NCBI RefSeq assembly: GCF_006345805.1
Contig: NC_043023.1
Location: forward strand, 19,096,001-19,160,000
Length of the DNA stretch: 64,000 bases
Direction: 5' to 3'
Source: Octopus sinensis
Lineage: Eukaryota
Within the stretch, counting starts at the first letter, position 1, and each line of letters starts with the position of its first letter. Shown here one piece after another: positions 24,591 to 36,876 of the stretch. The position numbers were made by a program, and so were the translations under genes. A model generated the notes under the pieces. It saw nothing but the letters and a program-made list of their open reading frames with translations, did no database searches and was not told where the DNA came from.

Positions 24591-25593
24591 ATATTATTTT
24601 GAGTATTGTTATCACTAGCGATATCAAGATATAACTTTGTATTTTGTATTTTATGTGTAGATGTATATATCTAGATGTACATGTAATATGTACATATAAT
24701 ATATACACATATATACATGCACTAGCACTTTGACCCAGCAACGACGGGTCTTTAGTGCTAGTTACGTTATATATTTTAAATTCCTACAGAATGGGTGAAG
24801 GATTTAAATACTTCTATTATTTACAAAACATCATCGATTTACCTATTTCCAGGTGTGAATACAGAGTAATTGCTTCAATTTGAACCTGGTCTGGGGAGTT
24901 CTCACCTGGGATTTCTAATGGTTATATAAATGGGATCCAGTCCAATCATAAATTCACAAATTGTTATTGTATTTCAGCAGGAAAAACAAAAGAAAAGAGG
25001 TTAAAAAGAACGAACATACATAAGGGTGGAGTTCAGGTCTAAGCACCTCCTCCTTCCTTTTCTGTTTTTTTTTCTCTCCCCAAATTTCTTCGGATTCCTG
25101 TTTTCCTAATAACTTCAAGAAAAATGGGGTATTTTTAATGAAATTTTCTATAAAATACGCTTCAGATGGTACAAACTCCGATTATATCAGAATTTGTTGA
25201 GGAAGAATTTTTCTGTGGGTGAGAAAAGGGGTTTCAGAAAATCCTAATGAGGGGGGGTGAGGCACACAATAGAGATAGGCTGAATTTTCTTACCTGTTGC
25301 TTTCTTTAGTTCGGATATTTTTAGTATTCTAATTTGTTGGTCCGTAGGTCGTGACACAGCAAACTTCTGTTTCGAATGTGAATGTTAGGCGTAAGGTGTC
25401 TATATGACACCTTAATGTCACAACAACCTTTACCTCTCTTCCTCTTATCTATTACTATCCGCTTTCTGTTTAATACGCCTACCTTTCTATTTAAAATTAG
25501 TTCAGTCAAGACAACAACATGTTGTTGTCTTGAATGACCTAATTTTAAATAGGCGTATTAAACAGAAAGAGGAATATTTATGAATGGTGATAG

Positions 25594-25898
25594 GAGGGAT
25601 GGATGGAAGCACTCCGTCAGTTACGACGACGAGGGTTCCGGTTGATCCGAATCAACGGAACAGCCTGCTCGTGAAATTAACGTGTACCCTTAACGTAGTT
25701 CTCGGGGATATTCAGCGTGACCGGCCCTTTGAAATACAGGTACAACAGAAACAGGAAGTAAGAGTGAGAGAAAGTTGTGGTGAAAGAGTGCCGGAGCCTC
25801 GTGGAGCTTTTAGGTGTTTTCTCTCAATAAACACTCACAACGCCCGGTCTGGGAATCGAAACCGCGATCCTATGACCGCGAGTCCGCTGTACTAACCA
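25594..25898 (-). mobile_element. SINE family C variant (tail ...GAGTGCTTCCATCC), partly deleted
   Basis: Matches 36431-36820. Confidence 0.75.
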
Positions 25899-25973
25899 CT
25901 GATAGCAACAGATAAGAGGAAGGGAGGGAAAGATTGTTGTGACATTAAGGTGTCTACTGCTTTATATTATATA

Positions 25974-26725
25974 TCACGTGATCACGTGACCGACCAGAGC
26001 ATCGCTGGTCACAATGCGTTTGAAATAATAGAAGCCTTCGAATGACGCCACCCCGCTGGTCACACATCGCTGGTCACAATGCGTTTGCATTGTTTTAGCC
26101 TTTGAATGACGCCACCCCACTGGCTAAGCGAGCAGGCCAACAGAAGAAAGAGTGAGAGAAAGTTGTGGCGAAAGAGTAGAGCAGGGGTCGCCACCGCCCC
26201 CTGCCGGAGCCTCGTGGAGCTTTTAGGTGTTTTCGCTCAATAAACACTCACAACGCCCGGTCACACATCGCTGGTCACAATGCGTTTGCATTGTTTTAGC
26301 CTTTGAATGACGCCACCCCGCTGGCTAAGCGAGCAGGCCAACAGGAGAAAGAGTGAGAGAAAGTTGTGGCGAAAGAGTAGAGCAGGGGTAACCACCGGCC
26401 CCTGCCGGAGCATCGTGCAGCTTTTAGGTGTTTTCGCTCAATAAACACTCACAACGCCCGGTCACACATCGCTGGTCACAATGCGTTTGCATTGTTTTAG
26501 CCTTTGAATGACGCCACCCCGCTGGCTAAGCGAGCAGGCCAACAGAAGAAAGAGTGAGAGAAAGTTGTGGCGAAAGAGTAGAGCAGGGGTCGCCACCGCC
26601 CCCTGCCGGAGCATCGTGTAGCTTTTAGGTGTTTTCGCTCAATAAACACACACAACGCCCGGTCTGGGTATCGAAACCGCGATCCTACGACCGCTGCCCT
26701 AACCACTGGGCCATTGCGCCTCCAC
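25974..26725 (-). mobile_element. SINE family C with an internal 201-bp tandem amplification
   Basis: Units start at about 26061, 26262 and 26463; single-unit paralog at 2753-3053. Confidence 0.88.
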
Positions 26726-26857
26726 ATATTCTATATACTTTATACTATATATATAAATCAACAGCAAAGTAACAATACCTCATTCCTTCTTATCAGTGAC
26801 CGGGTGGGGGGGGCCTTATGTGTGTCTGTGTGTCTTTGTGTCAGTATTTGACAACTG

Positions 26858-27685
26858 GGATCCTTTCGGTTTGAACGGCAGTTTTTGCTAGCGGTGTCAT
26901 ATGAAATTGTCACCCATAATTATGACCCTAGTATCGATATATTGCATTTCAATCTGTTTTACGGTTAAGGGTGGGGGGAAGGGTATCTTTTTTCCTTCAC
27001 AAATGTAAATAAACCCAATCTGTTTCTTAAACGAGGGACATATTCATACGGCACAGAATGTTTTCACCTCAATAGACGGTCATTGATTGGTTGAAATTGC
27101 AGAAATTGAAGAAAAAAACAACAACAAATATCTTACAAACTATAGAATTTTCTCAATAAAGCCAAGAGAAAAAAGATGTTTAAAAACACATTCTACCAGT
27201 ATACGAAGTTTAAAAGTGTTTAGTTACCTACTCTTTTACTCTTTTACTTGTTCAGTCATTTGACTGCGGCCATGTTGGAGCACCGCCTTTAGTCGAGCAT
27301 ATCGACCCCGGGACTTATTCTTTGTAAGCCCAGTACTTATTCTATCGGTCTCTTTTGCCGAAACGCTCAGTAACGGGGACGTAAACACACCAGCATCGGT
27401 TGTCAAGCAATGCTGGGTGACAAACACAGACACACAAAAACAATACACACACGCTTATACATATATACATATATACGACAGGCTTCTTTCAGTTTCCGTC
27501 TACCAAATCCACTCACAAGGCATTGGTCGGCCCGGGGCTATAGCAGAACACTTTGCCCAAGATGCCACGCAGTGGGACTGAACCCGGAACCATGTGGTTG
27601 GTTAGCAAGCTACTTACCACACAGCCACTTTATATATACCTAGAAATTATTTTAAAAAAACTAACGTTCAAACCGAAAAGATATC
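26858..27685. mobile_element. GGATC-TIR MITE with nested minus-strand SINE A (27231-27629)
   Basis: Paralog of 3194-4035. Confidence 0.85.
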
Positions 27686-28140
27686 TGACAATGGTGTGTT
27701 TATGTCACCTTGACATAGCAGTTCAACAGAAAAAACCGATAGAATAAGTACTATGCTTCAAATATATAACATTCTGCTTCATTTTTATTTCTTTTCATTA
27801 CCATTTTGTCTTTGTCTTTTTAATTAAAAAACAAACAAACCATTCCTTCTAACATCATTAGCAGAAACTGTAACATCAAAGATGTTATGAATATAATAAC
27901 AACTACCGAGTCTGTGTGTCTGTCGTAAATGTCATGGGTATCATATATCTTTTACATGTTTCAGTCATTTGACTGCGACCATACTGGGGCACCGCCTTGA
28001 AGTGTTTTAGTCGAACGATTCGATTCCAGGACTTTTTTTTTAAGCCTTATACTTATTCTATCGGCCTTTTTCGCAAAACCAGGACATAAACACACCAACC
28101 CTGTTTGTCAAACGGTGATAGGACACAAACGCAAACACAC

Positions 28141-28175
<35 letters not shown>

Positions 28176-28765
28176 CCCACACACACACACACACACGTAC
28201 ACTGGGCTTCCATTCAGTTTCCATCTACCAGATCCATTCGCAAGGCCTTAGTGAGTCCGAGGAAATAGAAGACACTTGCCCGAGATATATCAAAACAAAA
28301 AGGGGATTTATAAGGTATTCGTAATCAAGAGGAAACACATCTTAAGCTCTTTGTGATTAAAAAATTTCAGTCAAACATTCCATCAAGATATAAAGTTGTG
28401 CTATCAACCTCCCTTAGTTAAGTAGATATGGAAGGTGGGGGTGGGTGCTTTCTGATAAAAATGAACATGGATTCTATCACAAAATTTACTGATTTTCATT
28501 GGTCTGAGTGGATGACAAAAGGACGTTAAATTCTCAATCTGACCATAGGAAATTTCATATTTCACTACACCTTAATGTAAGCTATTCTTTCCCCCTCCTC
28601 TCTTCTCTCTCTCTCTCTCTATATAATATATATAAATATATAATATATATTATTTATATATGCATGTATATATACATGTAGATGTAGGTACGTACATATA
28701 TGTTTGTATGTATGCATATATTTTTATATATATATATATATATTTTTTTTTTTTTTATTTATCTA

Positions 28766-28796
<31 letters not shown>

Positions 28797-28953
28797 TTTA
28801 TCTCCTATATATATATATATATATATATATTTCTATGTTCAATTATTTCCTTTCCGGATGCAATCTGTAAATAGTAACTATTTTTTGTTGTTTTTTTTTA
28901 CTGTTGTACTTTTTCTCTGTCACCCAGCTTTTCTTTTTATTGTTGTTAAACAA

Positions 28954-29380
28954 GGCACAGGAGTGGCTGTGTGGTAAGTAGCTTGTTTACCAACCACATG
29001 GTTCCAGGTTCAGTCCCACTGCATGACACCTTGGGCAAGTGTCTTCTATAGCCTCGGGCCGACCAATGCCTTGTGAGTGGATTTGGTAGACGGAAACTGA
29101 AAGAAGCCCGTCGTATATATGTATATATATGTATATATATATATGCGTGTGTGTGTGTGTTTGTGTGTCTATGTTTGTCCCCCCTAGCATTGCTTGACAA
29201 CCGATGCTGGTGTGTTTATGTCCCCATCACTTAGCAGTTCGGCAAAAGAGACCGATAGAATAAGTACTGGACTTACAAAAGAATAAGTACCGGGGTCGAA
29301 TTGCTCGATTAAAGGCGGTGCTCCAGCATGGCCGCAGTCAAAATGACTGAAACAAGTAAAAGAGTAAAAGGGTAAAAGAG
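28954..29380 (+). mobile_element. SINE family A
   Basis: Paralog of 5376-5799. Confidence 0.88.
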
Positions 29381-29489
29381 TTATACAAGAAAAAAAAAAG
29401 CTCGTCTCTCATGGTTTTAAAACGCTTGCCTTCTTCTTTATATCATCCACAACGTAAAACATTAATGCAAAATAGGTGACCCTCACCTC

Positions 29490-31312
29490 TCTTTTACTCT
29501 TTACTCTTTTACGTGTTTCAGTCATTTGACTGTGGCCATGCTGGAGCACCACCTTTTTAGTCAACCAAATCGATCCCCCCCAGGACTTATTCTTTGTAAG
29601 CCTAGTACTTATCTATCTCTCTTTTGCCGAACCGCTAGTTTACTCTTTTACTTGTTTGAGTCATTTGACTGTGGCCATGCTGGAGCACCACCTTTTTAGT
29701 CAAGCAAATCGATCCCCCCCAGGACTTATTCTTTGTAAGCCTAGTACTTATTCCATCAGTCTCTTTTGCCGAACCGCTAAGTTTACTCTTTTACTCGTTT
29801 CAGTCATTTGACTGTGGCCATGCTGGAGCACCACCTTTTTAGTCCAGCAAATCGATCCCCCCCAGGACTTATCTTGTAAGCCTAGTACTTATTCTATCGG
29901 TCTCTTTTGCCGAACCGCTAAGTTACGGGGACGTAAACACACAGCATCGGTTGTCAAGCGATGTTGGGGGGGACAAACACAGACACCCACACACACACAT
30001 ATATATTTTATACATTATATACGACGGGTTTCTTTCAGTTTCCGTCTACCAAATCCACTCACAAGGCTTTGGTCGGCCCGAGTCTATAGTAAAGACACTT
30101 GCCCAAGGTGCCACGCAGTGGGACTGAACCCAGAACCATCTGGTTGGTAAGCAAGCTACTACCACACAGCAACTCCTGCGCTTATATATATACATATATA
30201 CGACGGGTTTTCTTTCAGTTTCCCTCTAACCAATCCACTCACAAGCTTTGGTCGGCCCGAGTCATAGTAGAAACACTTGCCCAAGGTGCCACGCAGTGGA
30301 CTGAACCCGAACCATGTGGTTGGTAAGCAAGCTACTTACCACACAGCAACTCCTGCGCTTATATATTATCTATCATGTTCGATTATTTGCTTTCAGATCA
30401 ATCGGTAAAAAGTAACTTTTCTTTGTTGTTTTTTTTTACTGTTGTACTTCTTTCTTTCTCGGTGACCCAGCTTTTCTGTTTATTGTTGTTAACAAAGTAT
30501 CTTTATACAAGAAAAAAACTCGTCTGTCATGGTTTTAAAACGCTTGCCTTCTTTTTTATATCATCCACAACGTAAAACATTAATGCAATAGGTGACCCTC
30601 ACCTCTCTTTTACTCTTTACTCTTTTACGTGTTTCAGTCATTTGACTGTGGCCATGCTGGAGCACCACCTTTTTAGTCACCAAATCGATCCCCCCCCCCC
30701 CAGGACTTATTCTTTGTAAGCCTAGTACTTATTCTATCAGTCTCTTTTGCCGAACCGCTAAGTTACTCTTTTACTTGTTTGAGTCATTTGACTGGGCCAT
30801 GCTGGAGCACCACCTTTTTAGTCAAGCAAATCGATCCCCCCCAGGACTTATTCTTTGTAAGCCTAGTACTTATTCCATCAGTCTCTTTTGCCGAACCGCT
30901 AAGTTTACTCTTTTACTCGTTTCAGTCATTTGACTGTGGCCATGCTGGAGCACCACCTTTTTAGTCAAGCAAATCGATCCCCCCCAGGACTTATTCTTTG
31001 TAAGCCTAGTACTTATTCTATCGGTCTCTTTTGCCGAACCGCTAAGTTACGGGGACGTAAACACACCAGCATCGGTTGTCAAGCGATGTTGGGGGGGACA
31101 AACACAGACACCCACACACACACATATATATATGTATACATATATATACGACGGGTTTCTTTCAGTTTCCGTCTACCAAATCCACTCACAAGGCTTTGGT
31201 CGGCCCGAGTCTATAGTAGAAGACACTTGCCCAAGGTGCCACGCAGTGGGACTGAACCCGGAACCATGTGGTTGGTAAGCAAGCTACTTACCACACAGCA
31301 ACTCCTGCGCTT
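29490..31312 (-). mobile_element. Two multi-tailed SINE A copies within an approximately 1.1-kb local duplication
   Basis: 29490-30362 and 30606-31312, each with three tail modules; the spacer is duplicated from 29385-29490. Confidence 0.82.
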
Positions 31313-31692
31313 ATATATATATCTATGTTCGATTATTTGCTTTCCAGATACAATCGGTAAAAAGTAACTTTTCTTTGTTGTTTTTTTTTACTGTTGTACT
31401 TCTTTTCTCGGTGACCCAGCTTTTCTGTTTATTGTTGTTAAACAAAGTATCTTTATACAAGAAAAAAAACTCGTCTGTCATGGTTTTAAAACGCTTGCCT
31501 TCTTTTTTATATCATCCACAACGTAAAACATTAATGCAAAATAGGTGACCCTGACCTGTGGAATCTTATTTGGCAACTGACGCAAATAATGATCAAAACA
31601 ACTTCTACAACTTTTAAGCAAACTTTTTCAGATTTGTGAACAATCCAGGTGAATGGTTGTATTACTATTTTGTGAATATTTGTGAACAATAC

Positions 31693-31858
31693 AGGTGCAG
31701 GAGTGGCTGTGTGGTAAGTAGCTTGCTTACCAACCACATGGTTCCGGGTTCAGTCCCACTCGCTGGCACCTTGGGCAAGTGTCTTCTATTATAGTCTCGG
31801 GCCCACCAAAGCCTTGTGACTGGATTTGGTAGACGGAAACTGAAAGTAGCCCGTCGTA

Positions 31859-31909
<51 letters not shown>

Positions 31910-32127
31910 ATGTATGTATGTTTGTGTGTCTGTGTTTGTCTCCCCAACATCACTTGACAACCGATGCTGGTGTATTTACGTCCCCGTAACTAAGCGGTTC
32001 GGCAAAAGAGACTGATAGAATAAGTACTAGGCTTACAAAGAATAAGTCCTGGGGTCGATTTGCTCGACTAAAGGTGGTGCTCCAGCATGGCCACAGTCAC
32101 ATCACTGAAACAAAAGGGTAAAAGAGA
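31693..32127 (+). mobile_element. SINE family A
   Basis: Uninterrupted paralog of 7161-8198. Confidence 0.88.
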
Positions 32128-32525
32128 ATACAACCATTCAACTATTTCTCTCTCTCTCTCTCTTTCTCTCTCCCTCTCTCGCTTTCTTTCACTCTCTCCC
32201 TCTCCCCCACTCTCTCTCTCTTTCTTTTGGTGAGCTGGCAGAATCATTAGACTGTGGCCATTCTGGGGCACCACATTAAAGAACTTTCAGACGAGGCAAT
32301 TGAACCGAAGACTTCTTTTTTTTAAAGCCAGGTTCTCCTTTTGCCGAACCGCTAAGTTAAGGAGATGCAAATACACCAGGGACTATGGTCAAGCGCTGGG
32401 TCAATCCAATCACAGACAGAAAGACACACACACACACACACATGTATGTGTGTAGATATATACATATATATATATATATATATGATGATGATGATATACA
32501 TACATATATATATATATATATTATA

Positions 32526-32556
<31 letters not shown>

Positions 32557-32561
32557 CACAC

Positions 32562-32599
<38 letters not shown>

Positions 32600-32619
32600 T
32601 ATATACATATATTTTTTTT

Positions 32620-33527
32620 TTTTATTTTATCTAGATTCTGCTCACAAGCTGTGGCCATGCTGGGGCACCGCCATTTGGTGTTGCTACATGAATTTACTTC
32701 ACGAATGCTTTTTAGCAATTGCCATTTGGTGCATGAGAGAGTTCGATGCAGCTGCCCTCATCTGCACCTCCTGCCGTGAAGTTGGTTCATCTGGGATACC
32801 TGACAAGAAGAGATCCAGTTTCATTTTAAAGACATCTGCATCCACCCCATGCAGGTCTCTTAGGTTCTTCGGGAGGATATTGAAGAGCTGTGGGCCTCGG
32901 AAGCCCAGGCTATCACAGTATCTTGTCCTACATCTTGATGGCAAATTTGGAGTCCTTGGCACTATGCAGTGGCGCCCAGTTCTGGCATTTGTGTAACTCT
33001 CGATGCCAAAGTTTGGGACAAGTCCTTCTAGGATCTTCCAGATGTATATTATGGCATATCTTTCTCGCCTACACTTTAAGGAATAGAGTCTCAATCTCTT
33101 GAGTCTTTCCCAATAGCTTATATGCTGCACAGAGGCTATCTTCTTTGTGTAGCTTTGTTGGATTGCCTCAAGTTCAGTGATTAACTTGACACTGGATGGT
33201 GACCATAGCTGAGAGCAATAGTCAAAGTGGCTTAGGACAAGTGTCCTCCAGAGGACCATCATGGTTTCCTGGTCTCTTGTTCTAAAGGTTCTAAGAATCC
33301 ATCCGGTCAGCCGCCTACATCTCATTGCCAATTTAGCAACATGCACATGAAAAGTTGCATCATCACTCATGTAAATACCCAGGTCACGCACTGATTGTGC
33401 CTCTGGGATTGCAAATCCTCCGAGTCCAGTGTATTCATTGGGTATTGCATTCAGTTTTGCATGCTGATAGTATAAAGCTTGAAACTTTTCAGCATTGAAC
33501 TGCATGCTATTCTTTTCAGCCCACTTA
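32620..33527 (-). mobile_element. 3' fragment of a second CR1-group LINE with an intact C-terminal frame
   Basis: [52 protein letters not shown]; stop at 32699; short 3'UTR and A-rich tail. Confidence 0.92.
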
Positions 33528-33529
33528 CA

Positions 33530-33603
<74 letters not shown>

Positions 33604-33663
33604 GTATATATATATATGTATAATATATATATATACATATATATATTACATATATATATATAC

Positions 33664-33726
<63 letters not shown>

Positions 33727-33744
33727 CATACATTATATACATAC

Positions 33745-33799
<55 letters not shown>

Positions 33800-33818
33800 T
33801 ATACATACATATATATAC

Positions 33819-33872
<54 letters not shown>

Positions 33873-33885
33873 TATACATACATAT

Positions 33886-33950
<65 letters not shown>
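33528..33950. repeat. (TA)n/(TACA)n microsatellite tract
   Basis: Directly visible. Confidence 0.95.
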
Positions 33951-33954
<4 letters not shown>

Positions 33955-36275
33955 GAAATACTAAATCAATTAGAAAAAAAACACCTTTTATCAATTCAAA
34001 ATGAAAAATTAAATTACACCATCTAGAAAATTACATATAATAGAAAGATTAAATATACGATAAAAAATATAACATTAATTAAGTAATGTGCAAAATATAT
34101 ACGTTTTATTTATTATTTTGCACATTACTTAATTATCGTTATATATTTTATCTTACATTTAATCTTTCTATTATATGTAATTTTCTAGATAGTGTAATTT
34201 AATTTTTCATTTTGAATTGATAAAAGGTGGTTTTCTGAAAGCAGAATTCTTCCCACAGAACAATTAAAAGCTAAAAGATAATTCCCAAATGATTAGATCA
34301 ATGCTCCACAACCTTTGTTTTATATTCTTTGCAAAATTCGGTGGCACACCTGAACTAGAAATATGACTAATAGTATAGGGGAAAAAAATTATATTGAGGT
34401 TACACTACGGAACACCTAGCATTGCCTCCTGGCACACCATTGTGCCGCAGTAAACCAGTTGAAGGGCACTGGTTCAGATGGTGCCCCAGAAGCAATCCAA
34501 AGAATTTGAACCTGCAATTTTTTTTAATAAAATTTTACTTCTTTGAAATTATATTTTGAAATTATATTCAGGTTACACTACGGGACACCTAGCATCGTCT
34601 CCTGGCACACCATTGTGCCGTAGTAAACCGGTTGTGGGGCACTGGTTCAGATGGTGTCCCAGAAGCAATCCAAAGAATTTGAACCTGCAATTTTTTGAAA
34701 TAAAATTTTACTTTTTTGAAATTATATTTTGAAATTATGTTTTGAAATTATATTCAGGTTACACTACGGGACACCTAGCATCAACTCCTGGCACACCATT
34801 GTGCCACAGTAAACCAGTTGAGAGACACTGGTATAGATGGTGCCCCAGAAGCAATCCAAAGAATTTGAACCTGCAATTTTTTGAAATAAAATTTTACTTT
34901 TTTCTTAATGCTAATCTGATTTGGATAATGCACATACCCTTTAAATATAAACAAAATATAAATAACACAAAATATATTTTAAATGTGTCTTTATTGAAAA
35001 AATCAAAAATATATTGACATGATTTAAATGTAAATGATATGCTTTTATTTGTATTAATACACATATTTAAATACACATGATTTAAATGTAAATGATATGC
35101 TTTTATTTGTATTAATACACATATTTTAAACACGCATACACAGAGAGAAAGCATTACATATACATTTGAAACCTGGCCTGGATTTTAGGAAAGTCTCTGG
35201 AGTTATTTATGAATTGTTTTAAAGCCATTCTTTGAAAAATGGTATCACAGAAGTTTAATGAGAATCATTCAGTTCTGTCTATTTGTTCCGCGATTTCTAT
35301 AATAAAAGTGTAGTCTTTAAAATTATAATTGAAGATATTTACGTTAAAGCAATAAGCACACACACACGCAGATATGCTCCACTGACTTTGTCTCATCATA
35401 GATTTCAGAAAAACGAAAATTTCTACTAATTCCTTTCAGAGTCTGTAGATTGTAATTATATCAGAATTTAATATGAAAAAATAAATTGGTGGGATACGTA
35501 CTAACACAAATCCCATTTTTTGGCAGAAAATTTTGTCACATCAAATTCCAGTATAAAAAGAATCTACACCATCTGAAGTGTATTTGTAGAAAATTTCCTT
35601 AAAAAATATAGATTTTTGTGAAAGTCATGAGGCAAGTCTTTGGAGCATTCATGTGTAGATGTGCCTCAGGTATTGCCCCTGGGTGGTTACGATGTGTCAA
35701 GGTGCATGCATTACCTGAATATCCACAATAAATATGAGTTGTATTAAATTATAATCACAGATATATGTGTGTATGGGGGAAGGGGTCTTTGTGTCTGTGT
35801 TTGTCTTCCCTCCCCACTACTTGACAACCGGTGTTGGTGGGTTTATGTCCCTGTAACTTAGCAGTTTCACAAAAGAGATCAATAGAATAAGTACAAGGCT
35901 TCAACAAAAAAACATTTCTTCAAGGCAGTGCCCCAGTATGGCAATAAATACACATCAAGTAGGAAACTGCCTGGAGCGTGATCTTTCTGATGTGGAAACT
36001 GTGTGGAATCCCCTGGTCTAAATATATGTGTGTGTGTGTCTTTGTGTTTGTTCCCCCCACCACATGAGCAGGGTTTTTGAAAAAATGCTGCTAAACCAAG
36101 GATGATGATGAAGGTGTATATAATATGGAAGGAATTTAGCAGAAACCAAATATGCTACATCAAATGTGTTACATCATAAGGCACAAAAAGAAAATGACTC
36201 TCCCCAGACACAACAGAATATGTTAATGCAATCATTGAAAGTCTATAAGAAGAAAAATAAAAAAACATAGCAGTC

Positions 36276-36876
36276 TTATGCTGTAACCGGTGGATTCTGG
36301 TTTTTCATACAAGATATCCTGCGGGTGACACGGTTCATGATAGAAATGTAAAGACGCCATTTGGGTATGATACAGAAGATTATGAGAAGGATGTTTACAA
36401 GAACAAGTACAGAAACGATGACTACGGCATGGATGGAAGCACTCCGTTGGTTACGACGATGAGGGTTCCGGTTGATCTGAATCAACGGAACAGCCTGCTC
36501 GTGAAATTAACGTGTAAGTGGCTGAGCACTCCACAGACACGTGTACCCTTAACGTAGTTCTCGGGGATATTCAGCGTGACACAGAGAGTGACAAGGCTGG
36601 GTTCCTTTGAAATACAGGTACAACAGAAACAGGAAGTAAGAGTGAGAGAAAGTTGTGGTGAAAGAGTACAGCAGGGATCACCACCATCCCCTGCTGGAGC
36701 CTCGTGGAGCTTTAGGTGTTTTCGCTCAATAAACACTCACAACGCCTGGTCTGGGAATCAAAACCGCAATCCTATGACCGCGAGTCCACTGCCTTAACCA
36801 CTGGGCCATTGCACCTCCACGACTACGGCATAGGTGGATATGCATGTTCCTGATCCATTAGCTTCAAACCCAGTAG
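36276..36876 (-). pseudogene. Duplicate TM/cytoplasmic terminal exon disrupted by a SINE
   Basis: Acceptor TTCATCTTTTGCAG; with the SINE removed it reads TGFEANGSGTCISTYAVVIVSVLVLVNILLIIFCIIPKWRLYISIMNRVTRRISCMKNQNPPVTA*, homologous to 39344-39543. Confidence 0.85.
36431..36820 (-). mobile_element. SINE family C variant inserted in the TM exon
   Basis: 11-bp TSD GACTACGGCAT at 36420-36430 and 36821-36831. Confidence 0.93.

Larger units (their letters stand above)
18453..24761 (+). mobile_element. 6.3-kb Helitron with retrotransposon cargo
   Basis: Starts A|TCTTTATATATATAAAA; ends hairpin GACCCAGCAACGACGGGTC + TTTAGTG + CTAG|T; precise empty site ATGTAA^TTACGTT at 631-643 in copy 1. Confidence 0.9.
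17833..35715 (+). repeat. Segmental duplication copy 2
   Basis: Collinear with 1-13580; longer because of the Helitron/Tx1 insertion and internal tandem expansions. Confidence 0.93.

Noticed and set aside
33479-33955. Long YI/IY-rich ORFs, including the N-terminal third of the 394-aa ORF at 32699-33883
   Set aside because: Translations of (TA)n microsatellite; only 32699-33527 is LINE coding sequence.
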